A stretch of 64,000 bases of DNA from Vicugna vicugna (GCA_013265495.1 MU058065.1:7564302-7628301); one strand, 5' to 3'; numbered from the stretch's first letter, positions 25,380 through 38,340 are shown. Translations and numbers: made by a program. Notes: a model not told the origin generated them from the letters alone.

Positions 25380-25513
25380 TTTGATAAGTGGAGTAGATTT
25401 AATCCTGATTTTCCTTTTTTTGTTGTTTTTTGTTTGTTTGTTTGTTTGTTTAATATTTTTATAGAGTAATAGTCATTTTACTATGTTGTGTCAAATTCCA
25501 GTGTGAAGCACAA
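25380..25513 (-). mobile_element. very short L1 3' end with 3' transduction
   Basis: TSD tttcaaactaatttttt at 25363-25379 and 25514-25530; L1 terminus matches 47761-47830. Confidence 0.85.
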
Positions 25514-27199
25514 TTTCAAACTAATTTTTTAAGAAAAGTAAATAGCCTATGTTTGAAAAGCTAAATGACCCAGTTCCTTTTAGGGTCATGTGGTGCAAGT
25601 TCAAGGTAATATTTCACTTTACCTTTTGTTTTCATTTTTATCTTAGATGAAGAAATGGCATAATAAAGATTGATATGGGTAAGCCCTAAAAGCAGATAAC
25701 CTGAGAAAGGAGAATAGAAAAAAAAAAGAAAAAAAAACCTGTCTATATGATACATCTGCATTAACTTTTTCCTAGTTTAAAGCTAGGGGGAACTCTGTCA
25801 GAGATGGAGAGACAGAGAGGAAGTCTGGTAGGTGATGGCGGATGTGTCTGACCTCTGAATTAAGGCTGGTGGAAAAGTATGGCTTCCTCTGATTTGTGCC
25901 ACTGTGGGAAACTCCCTCCCAAGGCTCTGAGTCCTCCTCTGAGGCACAGGTAGCAGGAAACACCTGCTTTATTTCTCCCCTGATTCTTCCCCTTTAGGGA
26001 GTCTGGGACTCTTCCTCCCCTTTCTGCAGTGCACAAACGGACAAGCAGATTTCCACATGTCCCAGTTTTTCTTGAGAGAGGAAGTCTGGAACCATCTATT
26101 AGTGAGTGATGCACTTTGATGGCTTCCTTACCCCTAACTCAATTCTTTTTTTTTTTTCTTTTCTAATTGACCTCTACTATTGCTTCCTCAATCCAGTTTT
26201 TTCCCTTCTTGTACTAATAATATTTTCTCCTAGAATAAATGAAGCGTAAGTCTATCCATAAAAGCTTATAAGCAAATGTGCATTCTGTTCATCATGATTC
26301 TTCATTTCGGGCTTTGCCATTCTCCTCCCTGTAAGGGGAAAGCAAATGGAATTCCATTTTAGAAAGGCATGAAAAACAGATGCAAATATGCATCAGATCA
26401 AGATAGCAGCCTTCAAATAGCCTCCGAGCCAGAGGCACTATGAAATTAGCAGCTTCTGAGAGTAGCCCTCATCCACCACAGAACACAGCAGCCAAGAAAT
26501 CATCTACAGAACCATAGAAAGAGTATCAAAAATTTTTATTAAGTAAAAAATTATGATATCCAAAAAATTTTCATCAGGCTTGCAAAGATCTCTCAGGGTC
26601 ACCACGTCTAGTTCCCTTCTCCAAAAAGGAGAAATGTCTGTAACACTGATATCTCCTCCCCAGTGTTTCCTTCTTCTGTTCTCTAGTAAAAAGCATTCTT
26701 GGGTAGAAAAGGGCAAAAGGTAGAGAAGACCAACGAAATTAACTAAAGTGATATTTTTTCTAATTTTTTTTTCCACAGGAAGGTCTCAACAATAGCAAAT
26801 CCTGATCAGTTGGGAAACATGTTTTGCTTGATGAGAAAAGGCAGGGTGGTATACTAGAAATATAAGTGATCTGAGTCAATAAATCTTACTGAGTCAGTGG
26901 AAAAATCATGAGTATAACCATGAGAACTTGATGAATCACTTCCTTTCTCCAGACAATTTAATCTGTAAAATGGGAGAGTTTAAACAAAAGGATTTCTGGG
27001 GTTACTTCTATCCATGTGTTGTGACAGAACAAAGATGACTATCTTATTTAAATTGCTCCTAGAAGCCAAGAAGAAATTGAGAAACACCCAAATAAGAATA
27101 TAAACAAGGGAATACAAAGAAGTAACTCATACACACAAAAAAAAATTACACTAAGTCAGATGTTCAACTTTACTAATGATCAAGATGAGTTTTCCTGAT

Positions 27200-27640
27200 T
27201 ACTTCTGAGTCTGGCCAAAAAGAAAAAGGTGAATATCCACAATTTTCTATCATAACACTATTTATTATAGCAGCACATTGGCATCAGCATATATGCCTCA
27301 ATATGGTATATCCATTTATTTGATTGCTACCCTCCATTAAAAATGATGATATGGATCTGCTTGCCTTAACAATGGAAATTGAGCTACCACATGTGGAGAA
27401 AGAGAAAGGTTACCAAACCCACATAGCGCTACTCCCCTTCAGGAAAATGTGTGTATAAATGAGTGCATGTGCACAGGAAATAATTCTAATGGACACCCCT
27501 CACAATATTAACAGTGGTTATCACAAGGTGTTGAAACCATTTTGGTATAGCCATCTTCTTTGTACCTTTCTATATTGTTGGAGTGTTTTGTGTATTTTAC
27601 AGTGAACATGGGCTACTTTTATAATCAACAAATTTTATCT
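27200..27640 (+). mobile_element. old L1ME-type 3' fragments
   Basis: ctatttattatagcag...atggtatatccat...caatattaacagtggttatc...acagtgaacatgggctacttttataatca. Confidence 0.6.
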
Positions 27641-27829
27641 CCATTGGTAATAAGAGATAACTAATCAGGTTCTATAAGCATGCTGCACATAAAAGAACAC
27701 TGTAAAAAAAAAGTAGAAATGAGCCTTCTCTGGGCAGCAGGTGGTAAGGGGAACTGTTAACCTGGTCTGTCCATTCAGAGTGCCAGGGTCTTGGATACAA
27801 AAGTCAACTGGTTCTTTGTGGTTCAGATA

Positions 27830-27985
27830 TTTCTCTATTATAAGTGACTTGTACTTGCTGAGCCTCAGCTTCTTCATCTATAGAATAAGGATAATAATTT
27901 TCACCTTGCAGGGTACAAGAATTCAGTGAAATAACACCTATATATTGCCTAGAAGGAGACCAATAAATATTAGTTATTTGAATTA
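27830..27985 (+). mobile_element. MIR SINE
   Basis: ctgagcctcagcttcttcatctatagaataaggataataat. Confidence 0.75.
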
Positions 27986-28329
27986 TACAAAATTAATACA
28001 TTTATACTATAACAGATAGTGATTATTAAATTAATTTATAGAAACTATGCTGGAATGATATATCTATGTCATTTGTAATTGTTGTTAACTATTGAGGTTA
28101 GTAGTTAATAGGATATTCTTAAAAAGATAGTGATGAAAGCTTTGGCCATGAATGACTTGACTTCCTTCAATGGAGAGTTTCTTGAATTCTCTAATATGCA
28201 ACTCCATACCCTGCTTAGCCAGCTGGTCATGTGCTAACATATATGGAGCTCCTAAGATTAGCCAGCCTTGGCCTAGAAATAGTAGGGGGGATATAAAGAA
28301 GGAAAAAAGATGCAAATTCTGCCTCCAAT

Positions 28330-28900
28330 GTGCTTACAATATAAATGAGAAAAGCCAATGCTTCACAAAACACAGTGTGATGAAATGCTACATGTGCAAA
28401 AAATATACACTTAAAAAATAGAGAATTTTACCTAATTTCCTCTATAGCGGGAGGTCTCAGAGAAGCTGTGGTGCCAGAGAAAGTTTTAAACAGGAATCCA
28501 CTACAAAGAAGATACAAGGAAGGGCATTCCAGGCAGAGAAGGAAACACACAAAGGCATTGGAAGATCATGCCAGGAAACACCAAGCATTTTCACAATGAG
28601 GGGGCCTGGCTGGTGCATCCCACACGTGCTGGGAGTTGGAATGAGATGGAGCTGGAGATGCACAGGGACGGGATGGCGGGGTCCCATAGGTCATGTCCTG
28701 AGGTCCACAGAATGCCACTAAGGAGTCTGATATGGAGTGATCCATCTTGACCTCAAATCTGGTCTGGTCATTTCCCAATGGGATACCCTGAAAGGCATAA
28801 AACATGAAAGCCAGTAGCATTAAAAAGATTTCACTCAGGTCCTACTAAGATATGATAAGGACCTGATCAAGGCAGAGAGAGGATGTCGAGGGTGGTGAGG
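28330..28900 (-). mobile_element. L2 fragment
   Basis: ggaagggcattccaggcagagaagga...gccactaaggagtctga. Confidence 0.7.
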
Positions 28901-28929
28901 GGATACAGTAATTGCACTAATGTGGGAGA

Positions 28930-29370
28930 TAAGGGGTTCTCTGCTAGCTCGATCATTGACTGGCTGTTAGATCTTGGGCAGGAATCCCTTAACATCTCTG
29001 AGACTGTGATATTTCAGCTTTAAAATGGAAGAGGGGGTATGGTTACCAGGAGGGGAATGGGGTGAGAAAGGGTAAAATGGGAGTTCAAGATTTGCAGATA
29101 CTAAGCAATACATATAAATTAGATAAACAACAAGTTTCTACTATATAGCACAGGGAACTATATTCAATATCTTGTAGTAACTTATGGTAAGAAGAATATG
29201 AAAATGAATATATGTATATTTATGTATGACTGAAGCATTGTGCTGTACAACAGAAATTGATATAACATTGTAAGCTGACTATACTTCAATAAAAATATTT
29301 TAAAAAATGAAAGAGGATGCAGAGTATGGATTAAATCAACCTACAAAGCTCATTTGGTTATAGAACTGAG
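28930..29370 (+). mobile_element. MIR SINE interrupted by an L1 insertion
   Basis: tcttgggcaggaatcccttaacatctctgagactg...cagctttaaaatgg [L1] gaggatgcagagtatggattaaatc. Confidence 0.55.
29035..29303 (+). mobile_element. young L1 3' UTR fragment with TSD
   Basis: tatggttaccag...tatagcacagggaactatattcaatatc...aataaa; TSD aaaatggaagagg 29022-29034 / aaaatgaaagagg 29304-29316. Confidence 0.92.
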
Positions 29371-31719
29371 ACCTTAAGTTATGATGAGCAGATAGTCGAG
29401 GTTATTCTTGTGAGGTCCAATAGTTAAGAATGTGGGTATCGAGGGGAACAAGAAAGATGCTGGAGGGGCTGAGTTGAGTCTCTTTTCCAAAGGAGGAGGT
29501 GGACAGGAAATGAGCAAAAATTTCCCTCTCCAGAGAGATGCACAGACAAGGTGGTGGTGGAATCCTTAGTGAACTCATTTTCAGTGACCTGAGAAAGGGT
29601 CAGTGAGGACTGGAAGGGTCAGGAAGATGAGTTTAAGAACAAGCTGAGAAAATATGATACCACAGGAGAGTGCCGCGAAAAAGCAGTCACCAGCAGAAAA
29701 CTCTGGCAACTATCCCCACTGGTAAAATGGGCCAGCCTGGAAGCCAACAGAAGCTGGGCTCAAAGCAAGCAAGCAGCCTGGGACAAAGAGGATCTGGGAT
29801 GTGGAGCAGAGGAAGAGTCCTACTTGGCCAGCAGCACTCGCACTGCAGGACCCCTACATTTTCTCCAGTGTATCTCACCCACATTCCCTGACCTGCCCTC
29901 CCAAACCCACCCAGCCTACTCCTCCAACTGCCTGATAACTTGGGCTGAAAATCAGGGGAGAGGTCTGCCATGGGCAGATAACTGCATCACTATCTGAGCC
30001 CTGGGATATTTATCTGTAAAATGGAGATAATCCATGCCCTGCCTAGATTACAGAGTTTGGGGAAAGAACAAATTAAGTAAGGTAAAAATGCGTTATAAAG
30101 TTAAAAAAAAATACTCTAGGGTTTGAAGTATGAGCATCTTTATATCAGACCCTAAATAACTTTAAGGTTCACTTTTCCTTTAAGGCCAAGATGTGTTAGA
30201 ATTTAAAACCAAAAATATCAGGGTATCTCGTTTTATTTGGCCTCCTTACCAATGGTTCTTGGATATCCCAACTGGCACTAGTTTATAAAGTATTACAAAA
30301 TATTAGTGAAATTATAAAAATGTATAAAATGAAAGACCTACTAACTCAGAGTAAGAAACCAGACACACCTGAATTTAGCTGCATATTAATACATCTTGGA
30401 TTCTGTTATCTGAAAAACTCTACAGACAAATGTGATTTTGCACAGAATCTTTTACTAAGAAATAGCAAGCAAGGACCCTGGCTGCTCTGTGTCCCTCTGA
30501 GCTTTGATTTCCAAGCAGAGGTTTGGTCTGGAAAACCCCTACCACCCACCTGATTCTGAGCATGCATGTCTTTAGTACTTATTGAGCATCTCCTGTATTC
30601 CTCAAGCTTGTAGGGATGTGCAGGCAGTGGAAGGAGGACCGGGAGTAGTGTACACGTTACAATCTCCACCTTAAGAATCTTAGGATCGTTGAAGGAGAAA
30701 GATGTAAGCATGCAGATACAGGAACAGAAAATTAACAATGATTTCTTCTCTCTTCTTGTTCCCATCAGGTGTTTGATGCATTTGCATATTATGGCACACA
30801 CAAGTTCAAAAGTAATCTGTAAAGTGGGAAGGAATTGGAAGTGGAAGGTATAGGCTTGCAAATGCATTTGACAGCAAGACACTGAAGTCTCCCAAAGTGA
30901 GCAGTGTACTGAGCTAGCATAGAGACCCCGGGCCTCTTGGCTTCCAGTACAGGTAGGTGCCATGGTGTACTGGAAAGCCCATGACTGTTGAAGATAGGTG
31001 GGCCTATGTCAGAATCTTCCCTCTTGTCTGGGTGTCTTTGGGTGAGATGCAACCTAATATTCCCATTTCACAGATGAATTGGTTGGCTCAGGTGGGATCA
31101 TGGTGAGGATTTTGAAAAGAGACAGTGTATGTCTGTAGATAGAGGGAAGGGAGTCGACAGGTGTCAGCTCCTTCTGCAACCTCAGGACATAGGGTCACAG
31201 CCTACTGGGGAAGGGCAGCTCTGGCACACCTTAGCAGGCTCTGCCCTGCTCTCCTTTCAGTCAGATGTATGCCTTGGACCTCTTGGCCTGGAGTCCAGAA
31301 GTAAGCAAGCCCAGGGCTGACTGGAAAGCTCTCAACCTGAGGTGGCAATGACGCAGCTGACCTGGATTCTGGGAAAGCCAGGGAAAGGAAAGTGCAGAGC
31401 CTGGCTCTTTGAAAAGGAATAGAGTTGAGCCTGGAGAACACACCTCCCTCTTTTGAGCCCTGAAACAGCTATCATCTCTTCTGGTACAGAGGAAAGGGAG
31501 AGTTGAAGGTAAAGGGAGTGAGGGAGCGTTTTATTCCTCACCTCATCATCCCTGAGAGGTGAGGCTTTGTCAAGGCACATTTAAATCAAGCTGCATCCTC
31601 TTGGCCATTTGATCAACCAGCTAGTATTTATTGAGTACATACAGAATGCACATATTTTGCTAAATCACCCAAAAGTTTATATGTATATGAGGAAAAAAAA
31701 AACCAACATGGCATGGTCA

Positions 31720-31940
31720 GGCACATTGTAAATGAATCTTGGCCCTATTATTTACTAACAGTATGATTTGGGACAATCCATTCAAACTCTATGAGCTTTA
31801 GTTTTTTAATCTACAAAATGGGACTGATAGTTCCCACCCTGCAAGATTAATGTGAGTACTAAGTACTCATATTAGTGTGTCTAGAACATAATAGAAGCTG
31901 GATAAATTGTAATTACAGTTGCAATTATTACTGTTATTAT
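31720..31940 (+). mobile_element. MIR SINE
   Basis: aaactctatgagctttagttttttaatctacaaaatggg. Confidence 0.7.
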
Positions 31941-32049
31941 GTGATGCAGTTGGAGACTAGCTACAGGCTAAACCGTGTGGGTAACTCCAGGCAGAGAAGT
32001 TATTAAGAGCAAGAAAACCTTGGTGTGAAGTAATTGCTGTAAGTGGTGT

Positions 32050-33300
32050 AGTAATTGGTGAGCAAATTCTTAGATGATGTGTGACTGAGTTAAGATTTGA
32101 GATCTGGAGTGGATTTGGATTATCAGAAGGAGAGAGGGAACATTCTGGAAGGACAGAAGAAATAGTCACAGAAGCAGGGATATACAGAACATGTGCAAAA
32201 GGCAGAAAGGAGCTGGAGCAGCGCTGAAGTTGGGACATACTGGGGCTAACCCTGAATAGGAAAGATGGACAAGGTAGAGAAGGTTCATGAACAGAGCATG
32301 AGGTCTGGGCTTGAAGCTGTAAGCCATTGGGAGGACCCATAGGCCTCATACGGATGAGTTTTATAAAAGTAAATCTGAGGGCAGCAGCAGGGTTGATTGG
32401 AGCAAGTACACACGGCAGAAAGGAGATCAATGAAGAGTCTGGTGTAATAAACTAGGCAAATGATGATAAAGCCACAGGTGACAGGGAGATGGAGAATGAG
32501 TCTTACATGACAGCTATAGGACAGCTTTCATCTCTCTATCATGACCAGGTGTTTATGCCCACCCCCCTCTTTCTTTTCTTGGGCTTCTGGTTCTCTGACT
32601 TACCCCAAGTGCTGGGCAGGAGTGGTGGTGGTGGTGGGGGGGGTTTACTGTCAACTCAGAGTAAGGTGTATCTGAATCTTGAGTCAAGAGTGAGTCATAC
32701 CTCTGCTAGAAAAATCACTCACTACTCTTTCAAAAAATATATATGGATTGCCTCAAACATATCAGGCATGACAAAGGCATGGGGACTATTGCAGGGAATA
32801 AATGAAGTGTCCACCCTTAACGAGTTACTTTCAAGTTGAGGAGAGATTAGAAACAAAGCATTTAGACAGAATATGATAAATGGTGATAAGTGGTTTGAAG
32901 AAAGGTAAAGTGGGGTAAGAGGGATAAAGGGTACTGGAGTAGACAGGTCTGATTATTTTATATGGGCTGATTAGTGACCTTGATGATGATAAGACTTTTA
33001 AATTGATTCCTGAAAGGACTGAGGATCCTGACCTTGAGGATATCTGGGGAAATGTGTTCCTCTGAGAGGGAGAAGGACCTGAAGCAATGAGGTCAAGGTA
33101 GCTGGCATGTAGGGACCCAAAGGGGAGAGTGGGGGAAATGTAGTTAGAGGGGTGAGAGCAAGTGAGAGACCTTTATAAGGATTTTGGCTTGTACTCTGCG
33201 TGAGATGGAGAGTCATTGGAGAAATCTGAATTGAGGTCTGATATGATCTGAATCACGTTTTAAAATCACGTTTACTGAGAACTGACGGTAGGGGAGCATG
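32050..33300 (-). mobile_element. two L2 fragments (~32050-32500 and ~32710-33300)
   Basis: gggaacattctggaagg...; gatatctggggaaatgtgttcc...ttttggcttgtactctgcgtgagatggagagtcattggag...gatatgatctga. Confidence 0.75.
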
Positions 33301-33349
33301 CAGAGTAATAGACCTCATCTGTTTGAAAGCTAGTTAAGCATTAGGATAA

Positions 33350-33580
33350 CAAAAACAATTTATTGACCATTTACAACCTGCCAGGCTTTATGCTAAGCAC
33401 TTTTTAAACAAGGTCTCTGTTAAAACATACAACAAGTCTATGAAGAGGGATCATGATTCCAGGTCACAGTTGAGGAAACAGGCTTAGAGGGTGTAAAATA
33501 TTTACCCACAACAGCACAGCCAGGAGGTGACAAAAGGAGGGTCTGATTCCAAAGTTTATTCCCTGTCCAACATCCTAGAC
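33350..33580 (-). mobile_element. MIR SINE
   Basis: atttattgaccatttac...tgaggaaacaggcttagagggtgtaa. Confidence 0.75.
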
Positions 33581-35499
33581 AATGTCTGGTTTTGCCTTGC
33601 ACTCAAACTTGAAATCACCCAGACTCAACCAAAAGTTGAATGGCCCCTACAGAGGTGTCTAATCATCAGCTAAGACTTTTTACAAAGTGCTTCAGAATTT
33701 TTTTTAGGCGCTGAGTAGGCAAAGAGAAGCTCTTATTCAGGTTAATTGTTTACTTGAATCACACAGAGGGGTGATGCCTGAGCATGAAGCGCTCCTGATT
33801 CTTGAGCCGTCGTGTAGTGGAAAGAGCATTAGGGTGTCTGCACATCAACACAGGCTTCCTCGGCTGCAGCTGAGGCCCAGTAGGGGTTCGGTGCTCCTCA
33901 CTCAGCAGACGGATGACTTACTGTCCAATACACATCAGAGCACCAGGCAACATAGACTGACACCATCATGGTAGCCTTGTGAAAATAGTCAGCAAACTAG
34001 GAATTCTTTAAGTGGAAAGAGTCTCTTGTTTTAATTTTACATTGAACGGATTGGGGTTGGCCATTTGGTAAATCAGTCCCGTTGAAGAAATTAACTTTTA
34101 ACATAGAGTCACATTTTGCACAGAGGTTAAGAAGTTTAGTTGTAAAAAAAAAAAATCCCATTATAAAGAAAAAAAAGCGTAAAGTAAAATTAGCATAGAA
34201 AATCCTCTGAAAAGTTTCTATATTGGAGACCAATGTGACATCTCTCAATAAATCCAACACAGTTTGGATTTAAATGTACATACAATGTAACCGTGATTAT
34301 TCCCAAGGGAACTGATGCTTGGGCATGCCTTGAACAAAAAGGGGACATATGAAACACAGTTCAATTGCTTGTATCACTCCTTCTTTACCTGTCTTGCATC
34401 TTTCATTAGGAAAATACACCCCCAGTTTTTGCAAATCACTTCTACCCATTGATCCTCCTATTGATCCTCTAAGGCAGCGTTTGAACTCTTCTCCCATGAG
34501 ACTCGATTTCCTACAACCCTTGAATCATTCCTGTGATCTTCAGTTTATTCCATCCCTCAAAAACTCAGTTTCCTTATCCACTGGATAATTTTCAAGATGC
34601 TTTCAAGTTATTTCAGTCTATGATTCTGGGTTAAATCTCTTTAACTCTGTTTTCTTCCATTATCATTAAAATGCATCAAGAGAAAACTCCATACTCCCCA
34701 GGTCACACACATTTTGTGAGGGGTGAAAACTGTGATAGTTGTTCATTTCCAGTGTGAACTTTTGTGTCTTTAAATCCATGGTGTTCATGTGAATAACTGA
34801 AGTGCAAGCTACATGCCCTTTTCTGTAAAGAAGTCATAATCCCTTCCATGAAAAGTCCCTTCACTCTTTTCTCTTTTCAAGAGAATGAAACAAAAAGAGA
34901 AGGATGACTTCAGAATCTTGGTGGGATGTCTAAGTTTCCTTCTCAGGACAGGAATGGGATTTAAAATAAATAATGCCAGACTGGAATGCAGGAATCCAGC
35001 CATCAACTGTCCATTCTTCTCCCTCCGGGTAGCATTGCATTTATATTCTGCTGGACAGATGTGTTTGCTAGCCCCCAGAGAAGGGCACTTCACCCCATTC
35101 ACAGAGCACTTGGTCAATGGCTCCAGTGTCCAAGCAACTTGTCAGTTGTAAAATTCATTGTGTGTCCTGAATCTCCTCAGCCACGTTATTAACCAATAGT
35201 CCCTTGCTCATTCCCTAGTGGGCAAGAACAGATGGCTATTATCTTCCACAGGGTGGAGCATTTGGAAGCACAGGAGCCTCTACGCAAAGCTCATCAGTTA
35301 CTTCCTTCCATTCATCATCAGTCATCCTAATAACATCCCCTATCCCCATCCTGCATCCACACCACATAAATCCCCATTGAAATCCTACATAAAGTACATA
35401 ATAGAAAATACTTCACTGTGGAAATGTTCCATCTCCTGTATCAGCTCTTTCAAATAAAGAGACCTGCATCCACGTTTGTTTCTCTTACCCTACATGATG

Positions 35500-36560
35500 A
35501 TATTATGAAAGCAGGTTTGAAGTTTATTGATTAAGTCCAGCAAATTAGTATCAAAATACAAAATATAATCTATTCCTAGGATATAAAAAAGAGGCATTTT
35601 TATTTGTTTGTTTCAGTCACATTAGACTATTATTGGTAAATTCGTGGTTGGGATTTTATCAGCTTTTTGGAAAACATATAGTATGTTTTTAAAAGAGATT
35701 TGGTCTGGATTTCATCAATATGGGTATTTGATAAATTTTTTTAACAAACATTTACCTTTAAAATTGTAAGACTCAAAATTATGACTTGCTGCTGAAAAGA
35801 AATTAATTTCTATTCCATCTTAGTGAAATTAAATATTTCCTAAATGTGTGTATATAATTTATTCCTAGAACTTCTTATAACACATACAATAGATGTAAAA
35901 GAAATTCCTACAAGTATTTCATTTTTACTTGCACAAGATGACTTGATTAAAGAGGTGACAGGAATCTTAACTATCTGGCAAGTGTTATAAAGTCATTTTC
36001 AGTGGGATTTTCCTGAAGAAGTAATGGATTATGATATGTCATATATAGATTTGATAAGAGCTTCTATGTAGTTCCAAGTAAATTACATTACCTAGATATT
36101 TTTTAAAATGACATTTATTTAAGGTGGGAGGAGATCTCTAAAATTATGTGGTAATGAAATACATAACTGTATGTAAATTGCTGAACAGTAAGGGAATAAT
36201 ATCATACTAAAATCAACATTCTTGGATAAATCAGATTATTGGCATGTAGGTTACCACTAGATAATGAAATTCTCTTATAAACACTGAAATCTATACTTGA
36301 AAGCAATTCTAGAGATATTTCATAGAGACTTGATGCTGGTTGATGAGACTCTGTAATAAAAATTACACCAAATAAACAATTTGAGGAAACATTAAAAAAA
36401 TACATGATGAATGTAAAACACAGAGCCTCTTTAAGATCTACTCCTAAAGATCTTTTGCTACTATTGTTTTGCCTATGGCCAATGAGCCTGGTTTCTAAAC
36501 TAGCACTATATCTAATTGTCCTTTGAGACAACATGTGATATATAGCAGAGCCAACCAAAA
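35500..36560 (+). mobile_element. decayed hAT (Tip100/Zaphod/ZMYM1-like) transposase coding remnant
   Basis: Manual translation gives colinear hAT motifs: CFSH (35609-35620), FLLA..KEVTGIL (~35922-35969), IDLIRA, YLDIF*NDIYLRW, LLKIF/ATI (36441 onward), degenerate ERSFSKL and LRTTM; many stops and frameshifts. Confidence 0.65.
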
Positions 36561-37769
36561 TGCTAGGTGTATAGAAACAGGAATGATGTATGTGAAACCA
36601 TAATTGGAGCTTACATGAGAGCCACAAACTATCTTACAGCAAATGGTAGTCCCCAAAGCTATCCAAGGTGAATTTGCATAGATAGTTCTAGGGAGAAATA
36701 TCCTCTTGGAGGTCACATGATCTTAAAAGCCTCTGGGACTCTAAAATCTCAGTACACAAAGGACAGACAATGGTATGACTCAAATCAAATATATCTGTAA
36801 ATGGGCAAAGCAGATTACTGACATTCTGTCGAAGTCAGTGGTTTATGGGGTAAAGCAGTAAGAGGGGAGTAGTAGATTCAGACAGAAAAGAGCAGGAAGG
36901 AATTGTCACCTTTTCTTCCCCTGATCCACCTTAGGAGAAATATTTTATTTGGAAGTTTCTGGAAAAGTGAAAGAGAAAAAAAAGATGGGAGAGCTATGTC
37001 TCAGGGACGGTGTTCTGCCTGGAAACGGTTTAGGGAGTAGAGGGGAGCAGTGATTTTGTTGGAGAACTGAGCAGAAGAGCCTGAGAAGAGGAAGGGGCCA
37101 GGAGAAGGACAAGGAGTGAGACTGTGTAGGATTGTGAGTGTGAAACGTAACCAGTTCTAGTTGAGGTTTTCAAAGCACAGGCAGAACATGAGGAGTCAGA
37201 TCCCTTGGAGGCCAGTTTCCTACAGCTCAGCTCTCTTATCTCTTAGAACCTAAACCAGAATGCAAGAAACTTGAAGAAAAGAAGTTCATGGTGCCTATTT
37301 TCTTGTCTCCTGATAGATGTTTCCATCATTTCTACAGCAGCCCTGCCACGTGGCTGGCTCAATGCAAACACCAACTTTTTCGAGAGCTTACTAGCTTCTA
37401 ACCTGCTGCTCCATATAGAGATGGCTCTTGCCATTTAAAAGACCTTCTTTCCTTCTTTCAAACCTAGGCCGTTTTGGATTTGGGCTTCCTTTGCCTGACT
37501 GTCCTCAGTGTCAGACACAGTGACCTGGTGGGAAAGGGTTTTCTGGCTCCCTGGGTGCTCAAGGGCACACCTGCCCCACTTCTCCCCCACACTGATGAGA
37601 TCGACATACTAACAATATCAGGAGGGCTCTCCAGATGTGTCCATCCTTACCTGGAGCTTTTGGTAACAAACTGTTTTCTATGTCTCCACTGCACACTAAT
37701 CCTTGCTTCCTCATTTTCTAAAAATGTATTAATTTATCTGAGAGACTTTAATAGAATCCAATAATCTCT

Positions 37770-38340
37770 CACTGCCACATACTCATTATTTGTGGTAGAA
37801 CTCAACTTACACCAGCTTAAGCCCAAAGGTCATCTATCAAATACACATTAGGATATCTCACAGAAACCCCAAAGTGGGAATATGGTTGGACATTAGAAAT
37901 AATTGAAATCAAGGACTCTAATGCATAGGCTTGATTAACTGTCTTTAGTTTCTGTTTATCTCTACACATTTGCTTCCTTCTTCTCTTACTCAGTGGACAA
38001 TTTTTTCCTTTTAGCTACAAAGCAAAATAAATAAAAATAAAAATAACACACACACACACACGATTGCCTGCCAACAATCTCTGAGCTTCATGTGTGATGG
38101 AAGGAAACTGACTACTCAGTTCCAGTTCCAATGGGCCATGTTCATGTGGCCACCTCTAAGCCAAACACCCCAGCTAGAGGCCAAGTTTGGTCACATCCAT
38201 GTGATATTTTCATGTTAATCCTTTGAGTAGTGAATCAGCTGGGGAAGATGGGAAAGATGGGGAAGAGAATGAGTAGAAGGGCTCATTCTCCAGAAGTGTG
38301 TGAGCAGACAAAACAGTAAGTGTTCAGGATATATCTGTAA
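37770..38340 (-). mobile_element. MLT1 (J/K-like) solo LTR
   Basis: agaactcaacttacaccagcttaagcccaaagg...ttcatgtggccacctctaagccaa. Confidence 0.6.

Noticed and set aside
26750..26790. Strong-looking splice acceptor (ctaat...tttttccacag)
   Set aside because: No matching donor or open exon before the sequence runs into MIR-like DNA.
30406..30963. 185-aa minus-strand ORF
   Set aside because: No recognisable domain, random-like composition, and no supporting promoter or splice context.
31957..32430. 157-aa minus-strand ORF
   Set aside because: Lies in a decayed L2; Ser/Pro-rich chance frame with a non-ATG start.
36495..36716. Minus-strand ORF fragments SPWIALGT and LAFWLALL resemble bornavirus L protein motifs (possible endogenous bornavirus-like element)
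   Set aside because: Motif spacing is about 27 aa shorter than I recall for bornavirus L, nothing else aligns, and the adjacent and overlapping plus strand is better explained by a colinear hAT transposase. A tblastn with bornaviral L would settle it.
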